Shown here: piece by piece, positions 57,454 through 64,000 of the stretch | Layout: the number at the start of each line of letters is the position of its first letter | How positions within the stretch are numbered: position 1 is the first letter of the stretch | NCBI GenBank assembly: GCA_965197585.1 | Contig: OZ240215.1 | Location: forward strand, 96,001-160,000 | Length of the DNA stretch: 64,000 bases | Source: Dehalococcoidia bacterium | Lineage (GTDB): Bacteria; Chloroflexota; Dehalococcoidia; Plut-88900 | Reading direction: 5' to 3' | Program-made: the position numbers and the translations under genes | The notes under the pieces: model-generated | Database searches by the model: none | Seen by the model: only the letters and a program-made list of their open reading frames with translations | What the model was told of the DNA's origin: nothing

Positions 57454-58635
57454 TTAGCCGGTCAGGTAGTCCGCCCACTGCTTCATGAGTGTGCGCCGCC
57501 GCTCGAAGAGGTCGGACCTGGCGTAGGCCTGCTCAGTGGAATTGCTCAGGGTGTGGGCATGGGCCGTCTCTGAGACGGCCCACGGGGTGTCCGTTTGCTC
57601 CAGCGTCCAGTTCTTGAAGCTGCTGCGGAACCCGTGGACAGTGGCACGATCCGCCAGGCCGACCGAGCGGAGCACCTTCGTCAACGTCATGTCGGACATC
57701 GGCGTCCCCGGCTTCAGCGGGGACGGGAACACTAGACCGGTGTCTTCACGCAGTGTAGAGGCTTCACCAAGCAGGTCGAGTGCCTGTCCGCTGAGGGGGA
57801 TCCGATGCTCCATGCCTGCCTTCATCCGTTCAGACGGTATCCGCCAAACCTGGTCTTGGAGGTCGATCTCGTCCCAGATTGCGCCCCTGGCTTCACCGGA
57901 GCGCGCCGCCGTGAGAACCAGGAATCGGAAGCACAACTTGGCGGACATCGAAGCTTGGGACGCTGCAACCGTCTCGAGCGCTGCCCCGGCTTCCTGATAG
58001 GGCAGCGCTCTGAAGTGTGCCTTCACCTTCGGCATAGTGGGCAAAGCGCCGTCGACAGCTTCGCCCGCCGGATTGGACTCCATGAACCCGTATGATATTG
58101 CCCATTTGAAGACGGTCCTCATACGCTGACGGACCCGACGGGCCGTCTCCGGACGAGTTGTCCATATCGGGGTGAGGACTTGCAGCACATCCCCGCGGTC
58201 TATCCGGTCCAGGGGCGTGTTTCCCAGAACCGGCATTGCATGACGCTCCAGGGTCTGAATCCAGCCTGCAGCGTGCCTGGGATTGCGCCAGCGGGGCTTG
58301 TTGGCCTCATGGACGGCATAGGCGGCTTCCCTGAAGGTCGGCATCGCAGGCGCGTGCTTTTCGGCCACAGGATCCCTACCTTCCGCAATGGCGGCGCGGT
58401 AGTCCGCCGCCTTCTCGCGAGCAAGAGCCAGACTTACGGACGGGTATCCGCCCAGGCCGATATCTCGTCGGCGTCCGTCTACGGTAATGCGCAGGACCCA
58501 TGACTTGTGTCCCGCTTTGCAGATATAAAGATGCAAGCCTCCGCCATCGGAGTATCGCCCCGGCTCCTCAGGGCCTTCACCCGCGTCGTCGATAACGTCA
58601 CAGATCTCCCTCTCTGTCCCGAGCTGTTCCCACAT
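57454..58635 (-). CDS. P4-type tyrosine recombinase (integrase), probable 5' frameshift
   Basis: PGRYSDGGGL arm-binding domain; catalytic R (ARSGE), K, HGFR, H and Y (QAYARS). The canonical N-terminus starts at GTG 58601 in another frame. Confidence 0.9.
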   Translation of the reverse strand: MWEQLGTEREICDVIDDAGEGPEEPGRYSDGGGLHLYICKAGHKSWVLRITVDGRRRDIGLGGYPSVSLALAREKAADYRAAIAEGRDPVAEKHAPAMPTFREAAYAVHEANKPRWRNPRHAAGWIQTLERHAMPVLGNTPLDRIDRGDVLQVLTPIWTTRPETARRVRQRMRTVFKWAISYGFMESNPAGEAVDGALPTMPKVKAHFRALPYQEAGAALETVAASQASMSAKLCFRFLVLTAARSGEARGAIWDEIDLQDQVWRIPSERMKAGMEHRIPLSGQALDLLGEASTLREDTGLVFPSPLKPGTPMSDMTLTKVLRSVGLADRATVHGFRSSFKNWTLEQTDTPWAVSETAHAHTLSNSTEQAYARSDLFERRRTLMKQWADYLTG

Positions 58636-58748
58636 CTGAGATGGGAGACATCAGGAACCGGGAAGCGCGCCTAGATGCACGATGAGGGTTGATCAGCCAT
58701 GCAATAAGGGTGTCTTGGGACAATAAGGGCCAAGGAAATAAGGGATAG

Positions 58749-58767
58749 TGGCGGAGGGAGTGGGATT
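58749..58767 (-). repeat. att-like tRNA 3'-end fragment (second copy)
   Basis: TGGCGGAGGGAGTGGGATT, identical to 45907-45925; the rest of the tRNA is absent. Confidence 0.85.
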
Positions 58768-59397
58768 AGGAGTTAGCTACGGAATACCTGCAATTTAGTG
58801 CCCATTCCCACAACGCTTACCACACTTATAGGTCGAAGGTAACGCTCCCTGAAGATCACCTCGCAATGTATGGTAACACGCCTTCTCCTATGACTATGAC
58901 CGGAGTGACTGAATCTGGCTTGCGGAACGCATTTAAGTGTCGGTCGCGTAGGGCCTTGATTAGAGGTTCGGGTCTGGTCAGGTACATCTAAGCGTATTGT
59001 ACTGCGAACTTTTCGGTGGGTCGTGTCAATCTAAGTAGCCGCCTCATAGGCCGCAAACGGTTATTGCCGGTAGACAGACCCATCTTCGAGATGTGGCTGG
59101 CCTGATGAAGCTACAAGAATCTGATGTAGATATTATGGTCAAGCCGCATAATGACGGCTATGCCTACTACGTACAGGGGAGAGCCCATTAACCAGGAGTG
59201 GCCTTGCATGAACTCTTCGGTGTAGTTCGCAGATCATCAAGACACTGAGTTGGGATGCTAAGCGGAGTGAGCCTATTATTAGGCTGTGCTCCGGAGTATT
59301 CCCGAAGGCTCACTTCCGTGCCGGCCATTTCATGGTGGGAGGTCAGGGTATCACTCACCACAAGGTAAATGAACTAATGGAACTGCAGGACTACCTA

Positions 59398-60201
59398 CTA
59401 ATGTTTGTAGTCCGGCAGTGGGTCTTCCTGACCAAAATTGCTGTAAACTGTCGATCCGCCATCTACCGGGAGCAAGGCCCCAGTCACAAAAGAGGATTCC
59501 TCACAGGCTAAGAACAGTGCAGCATTGGCTATGTCCGTCGGTACGCCCACCCTGCGGATGGGTTGTCTTCTCGACAAGTCTTGTTGCACTTCGGCGTAAG
59601 CGATGGTCTCATCAGGAGTTCCCGCCATTTCTGTAGCGATGACTCCTGGCAGAATACAATTAACTCTAATGTTAAACCTGGCATAGTCCACCGCGGTCTT
59701 TTTTGTAAGGCCGACTATTCCTGCTTTGGACGCTGTATAGGAGGCTCCGTCAAAGGTGGCTGCCAAAGTTGCCACACATGAAGAGATGTTAATAATTGAA
59801 CCGCCACCTACTTTTAACATCTCAGGGATAGCATACTTCGTGCACAGAAATAACCCCTTTAGGTTGACATCTATGACTTCGTCCCACATCTCTTCCGTTT
59901 CGTCTGCGAGCGGGCCTGAATAAAAGATAGCCGCATTGTTCACCAATATATCCAGCTTGCCATATTCTTGTATCGCGGCCCCGATGACATTTCTTACGTC
60001 AGCATTCTTGGATTGGTCCGTTTGGACATATATCGCACGTCCTCCCCGCTCAACAATGTCCTTTGCCGCCTCCTGGCCGGACGATTGGGTGCGTGCTGCT
60101 AACACTACTGCCGCTCCCTCCTCGGCGAAGCGAATGGCGATACCTCTACCAATACCCTTGCTGCTGCCCGTTACCAACGCCACCTTGTCCTTCAATCTCA
60201 T
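59398..60201 (-). CDS. Short-chain dehydrogenase/reductase
   Basis: TGSSKGIG, VNNAA, YTASK. Start at ATG 60201 after GAGGAGG. Confidence 0.93.
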   Translation of the reverse strand: MRLKDKVALVTGSSKGIGRGIAIRFAEEGAAVVLAARTQSSGQEAAKDIVERGGRAIYVQTDQSKNADVRNVIGAAIQEYGKLDILVNNAAIFYSGPLADETEEMWDEVIDVNLKGLFLCTKYAIPEMLKVGGGSIINISSCVATLAATFDGASYTASKAGIVGLTKKTAVDYARFNIRVNCILPGVIATEMAGTPDETIAYAEVQQDLSRRQPIRRVGVPTDIANAALFLACEESSFVTGALLPVDGGSTVYSNFGQEDPLPDYKH

Positions 60202-60474
60202 ATACCCCTCCTCTAAGCGACAATTGTATACACGCGGACAAATTATACCAGAAGGCAACTGCTAATCATTGAGGACTAATATTATATGTAGAACAATAAC
60301 ATAAGCACATGTCGTTTATACACACCAGACCCACACGCTTCAAATCGGGAGACCGCAAATTTGCAAATCAGGATCTAAAGAGGTTCTACAATTGCCATGC
60401 CAAACTTTGTTAATGGTGCTAGATAATGTTCGCTAATATTACCTAGTAGGAGCGGAGGCTCTAGATTAGTTACA

Positions 60475-61401
60475 CTAGCGGCTGGATCTCGTGTTTCCCA
60501 GGCGAGGATCTAGCAGATCTCTTAGGCCATCTCCAAAAACCTGCACACCGAAGACAAAGAGGCTGATTGCAAAGCCGGGAAAGATTACCAGCCAAGGTGC
60601 CTGACGCATCTTGTTTAGGGAGTCACCAAGCATACCTCCCCAAGATGGAAATGGAGGGGGAACACCGAACCCGAGAAAGCTTAGGGCTGCCTCTAAGAGT
60701 ACGGCCCAGGCTACGCTTAGGGTAGCTAGGATGATAATGGTGGGCATAATGTTTGGAAGGATATAGAACATCATTATCCTGAAGTCGGAACATCCAACTG
60801 CCTTTGCCGCCTCTACGTATTGTAGCTCTTTAGTAGCCAAAACCGCCCCTCTTACAACCCGTGACAACCATATTGTGAAGAGTATCCCCAAGACCACAAT
60901 CACCTTAAACATTCCTCCTTCAGGACCCCTCCATACATCCTGGAAAATACCGACGACCATTAGCGCAAATAGCAAGAATGGAAAAGCCATCAAGCCATCT
61001 ACTAGGCGTTGTGCTGCAATATCAACCTTCCCGCCGATGTAACCGGACAGAGTGCCTACAATAACGGCCCCTCCAACCCCTATGGCCGTGGCACACAACC
61101 CCACGATCACGGATACCACTGCCCCTTTAACTATTCTGCTATATTGATCCCGGCCAAGGGCATCGGTACCAAACCAGAATTCCGCACTGGGAGCTTTGAG
61201 GCTGTTGCTGGCATCCTCAGGGAGTTCATTGATGCCTTCTCGAGCTATCACAGAGGAAGAGAGAGCTATAGCAAGCCACATTACTACAATAAGAAAACCC
61301 ACCCTGGCTAGAGGCTTCTCCTTGAACATGCGAACCAGAAGCCTCACCAAAGGGTGTTTAGTAATGGGGATTAAAGTCGTTCTAATACCGCTTTCCAGCA
61401 C
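60475..61401 (-). CDS. Peptide/nickel ABC transporter permease (DppC/OppC-like)
   Basis: FGTDALGRD, YVEAAKAVG (EAA motif), EAALSFLGFG, GDGLRDLLDPR. Confidence 0.93.
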   Translation of the reverse strand: MLESGIRTTLIPITKHPLVRLLVRMFKEKPLARVGFLIVVMWLAIALSSSVIAREGINELPEDASNSLKAPSAEFWFGTDALGRDQYSRIVKGAVVSVIVGLCATAIGVGGAVIVGTLSGYIGGKVDIAAQRLVDGLMAFPFLLFALMVVGIFQDVWRGPEGGMFKVIVVLGILFTIWLSRVVRGAVLATKELQYVEAAKAVGCSDFRIMMFYILPNIMPTIIILATLSVAWAVLLEAALSFLGFGVPPPFPSWGGMLGDSLNKMRQAPWLVIFPGFAISLFVFGVQVFGDGLRDLLDPRLGNTRSSR

Positions 61402-61506
61402 TGAATTCTCGGCCAGCTAACCTTGAATTCCAATGGTATAGCCTGCCCCCTTCGCGAAAATTCTGTCAGTAACCAATTGGCAAGAGGGGAAACGCATATT
61501 GATCCG

Positions 61507-63555
61507 CTATTGACGAATTCTAGGGTCCAGATAGGTATAAAGAAGGTCTACTCCGAGATTAACAAACACTATGAAGAACCCCATGGTCAGTGCCACTCCT
61601 TGAAGTGTGGAAAAGTCTCGGAGCTTAACACTATCAAACCCAAGGCGTCCCAACCCAGGCACACCAAATATCTGCTCGATAACCACTAGTTCACCTGCTG
61701 TGGCCGCAAATTCAATTCCCATAACACTGACCACGGGTATCATGGCGTTCTTAAGCAGATGACGCCTAACTATTACTGTTTCCCTAAGGCCCTTGGCCCA
61801 AGCAGTTCGAATGTAATCTTGGCGAGCTATCTCTAGGGCCATTGCCCGGGTTATTCGCATAATGCCAGCCATTAAGGGTATAGCGGCAATGGCGGCCGGT
61901 ATTGCTATATAGCCGAGATTGGCAAAGGGGTTGTCGGCGAAGCTTATGTAAGCCAATGGGGGAGTCCAATTAAAAAGAATGGACGGAATAATGATTACGA
62001 GAGTAGCTGACCAGAAAGTGGGCACTGCCAACCCACCTACAGCTACAATCCGGCCAGCATAGTCTCCCACGGTGTCCTGACGTAGCGCTGACAAAACCCC
62101 GATAGGAACTCCCACTAGTGACGCCATCAATACGGCCAATAGCCCCAACTCAAAAGTTATCGGGGCGGCTCTAGTTAATTGGTCTATTACCGGTGTGCCT
62201 ACAGCAGTGGTCACTGATTTCCCTAAATTCCCTCCAACGACGCCCCACTGCCATTCAACTTTTGTCCCTATGGCGTGGGCTGTAGTGCCAGTCATAAGGA
62301 CTTCCCCGAGGGCTTTTGTTGTATTGCTTTCAACCTCTACCCAGTGGATTCCACCGTCTATGCTTCTGAGGATGGTGCCATTATCGCCTACTGCCAGACC
62401 GCTATTGGCGTCGCTAAATGCTACTGAAAGCAGTTCAACGTCCGTATCCAGCAACTGTGCAACCCAGTGGATCCCTCCATCACTGGTAGTAAGAATAGTC
62501 CCTTTGTCTCCCACTATGTATCCCTGCAGCGGGTTGATGAAAACGATATCATTAAGTCGGTGCGCTGATGTGCTCTCCTTGATAACCCATGTAATACCTC
62601 CATCAAGAGTGTGAACGATGACTCCATGATCCCCAACTGCCCAGCCTTGCTTAGCACTTATGAAGTGAAAATCAGATATCTCTGAGTCTGTGCCAAAGAC
62701 GGATGTTGTCCATACATAACCACCATCAGTTGTGAAGAGAAGCTGGTTGTTCTCGGTCAAAATCCAACCGTTGTTGGCATCGATAAAAAGAACCTCCAGC
62801 AAGTTCTCAGTATTGTCAACCGATTGCTGTACCCATGGTTCTATTGTGCCATTTTCTCCCATGAGCATCTGGTGCAGAATTTTATCTACATCATCATCGG
62901 TCAGGTTCTCAGTCCGGTCTCGGAAGGGAGCTGCCTTGATAAATGAGGCGACTTCCTCCCTGGGAAATAAAGAGTCTTCATTCGCAGCCTTTTGAAGTAG
63001 CTGCTTTATCTGCTGTGTTTCGTTCAAATATTCAGCTATATCCCTTATTGCCTTATTGACAAAGAAAACAACACCATTATCTCCCACGATCCATCCGGTA
63101 TCCTTGTCGATAAAGGATAACGCAGTAATGTCCACTTCTTTGCTTCTAGCAAAAAAGGTCCATTGGAGACCTCCGCTAGAGAGTTCGAAAACTCTGTTGT
63201 TCCTCCCTAGTCCCCAGCCATTGTTTTGATCTACAAAAGTCATACTCCTTCCTTTATTATTGCTAATCGGCTTAATGTTTCTCCACGTCGCACCACCGTC
63301 GGTACTTTTCAATCCCTCGGTCACAAATATAGGCCACCCTATCAACCATTGGACATATTGCTGAAAGGGATTGGCACTAAGTCCCAGCCTCTCCTTCAAC
63401 AATTCCACGCCCTCCTCGCTAATGGAGCCTGAGCGTCCCGCTATTATATCCAGTGAGCTGGCAGGCACTACTCTTATCACCGCAAAGACAAGGATGGTTA
63501 CGATTAATAGCGTAGGGAAGACAAGGAGAAGTCTTCTAATGACATATGTCCCCAC
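61507..63555 (-). CDS. Peptide ABC permease (DppB/OppB-like) with inserted Ycf48/BNR-like beta-propeller
   Basis: YVIRRLL N-terminus; QDYIRTAWAKGL, HLLKNA, EQIFGVPGLG, DPRIR; ~360-aa insert with T/S-x-DGG-x-x-W repeats. Confidence 0.88.
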   Translation of the reverse strand: MGTYVIRRLLLVFPTLLIVTILVFAVIRVVPASSLDIIAGRSGSISEEGVELLKERLGLSANPFQQYVQWLIGWPIFVTEGLKSTDGGATWRNIKPISNNKGRSMTFVDQNNGWGLGRNNRVFELSSGGLQWTFFARSKEVDITALSFIDKDTGWIVGDNGVVFFVNKAIRDIAEYLNETQQIKQLLQKAANEDSLFPREEVASFIKAAPFRDRTENLTDDDVDKILHQMLMGENGTIEPWVQQSVDNTENLLEVLFIDANNGWILTENNQLLFTTDGGYVWTTSVFGTDSEISDFHFISAKQGWAVGDHGVIVHTLDGGITWVIKESTSAHRLNDIVFINPLQGYIVGDKGTILTTSDGGIHWVAQLLDTDVELLSVAFSDANSGLAVGDNGTILRSIDGGIHWVEVESNTTKALGEVLMTGTTAHAIGTKVEWQWGVVGGNLGKSVTTAVGTPVIDQLTRAAPITFELGLLAVLMASLVGVPIGVLSALRQDTVGDYAGRIVAVGGLAVPTFWSATLVIIIPSILFNWTPPLAYISFADNPFANLGYIAIPAAIAAIPLMAGIMRITRAMALEIARQDYIRTAWAKGLRETVIVRRHLLKNAMIPVVSVMGIEFAATAGELVVIEQIFGVPGLGRLGFDSVKLRDFSTLQGVALTMGFFIVFVNLGVDLLYTYLDPRIRQ

Positions 63556-63604
63556 TTAAATGACCTCTAGAACTTTTGCTTCAAAGCCGCCAAGACGGAT
63601 ATTC

Positions 63605-63642
63605 AATTGGGAGCGGCTGCGAACCGCAGCCGCTCCCAATTG
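63605..63642. terminator. Long hairpin between the solute-binding and permease genes
   Basis: AATTGGGAGCGGCTGCG-AAC-CGCAGCCGCTCCCAATT; typical post-SBP attenuating or stabilising stem-loop. Confidence 0.7.
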
Positions 63643-63670
63643 TGTGAGTAGCTTCTATTAATCCTCGTGC

Positions 63671-64000
63671 CTATTTCCGACCCGGTGCATCCTCCGCTAA
63701 CCAAGCCTCCAACAGCCACGCGCCTATTTCGAACTCTTCCTTAAATCCTACGTTATTTACCCAGCCATGCCAGCCGCTATCGGCAGATGGGCTAGAACTG
63801 CAGATGTAGTAGAATTTATCGGAAAGATACCGGTAGATATCGTCCCACAGCGCCTTTCTTTGCACAGGGTCAAGTTCAGCCCTTTGGGCCAGCAGCATGT
63901 CCGTGAGAACAGGGTCATCCACGTGGCTTGAATTGAAGGGCGAACCCGGCAGATACCAGATGGCAGTTGCCCCCTCGGGATCATTCCATAGCAACTGCGA
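63671..64000 (-). CDS. ABC solute-binding protein family 5, C-terminal part (runs off window)
   Basis: NSSHVDDP.LTDML.AQRAELDPVQRKALWDDI.RYL pattern; upstream of the two permeases. Confidence 0.8.
   Translation of the reverse strand, partial: SQLLWNDPEGATAIWYLPGSPFNSSHVDDPVLTDMLLAQRAELDPVQRKALWDDIYRYLSDKFYYICSSSPSADSGWHGWVNNVGFKEEFEIGAWLLEAWLAEDAPGRK

Larger units (their letters stand above)
45907..58767. mobile_element. Integrative genomic island (~12.8 kb) with P4-type integrase
   Basis: Flanked by 19-bp direct repeats; integrase and AlpA beside the right repeat; contains IS30 and gene remnants. Confidence 0.82.

Overview
GC-rich bacterial window, most consistent with Chloroflexota/Dehalococcoidia (SAR202-like); this is inferred from the LLM, PPOX, SDR and amidohydrolase content. 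The left ~45 kb holds argJ-argB-argD-argG, sucCD, Moco-maturation genes (XdhC, MocA-like), many catabolic enzymes and transporters, three families of palindromic intergenic repeats, two 133-bp MITEs, an IS481 and an IS5. The main finding is three selenoprotein genes that the ORF track splits or truncates at in-frame UGA codons, each followed by a SECIS-like hairpin. Two are U-G-S-C proteins resembling the active-site region of GrdB/PrdB and one is a U-P-W-C DsbA/FrnE-like protein. Three paralogous ~346-aa 'TDGLPVVPPT' proteins of unknown function accompany them, one directly upstream of a UGSC gene, suggesting an uncharacterised two-component selenium-dependent redox system. The right part is a ~12.8-kb integrative island bounded by two identical tRNA 3'-end repeats. 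It carries a P4-type integrase with a probable 5' frameshift, AlpA, IS30, an internally duplicated solute-binding lipoprotein and an amidase/hydantoinase cluster. A lower-GC segment follows, encoding a peptide-ABC permease with an inserted beta-propeller. A truncated tRNA-Ala is fused directly to a solute-binding gene fragment at ~39.94 kb. All calls are by eye; no searches were run.
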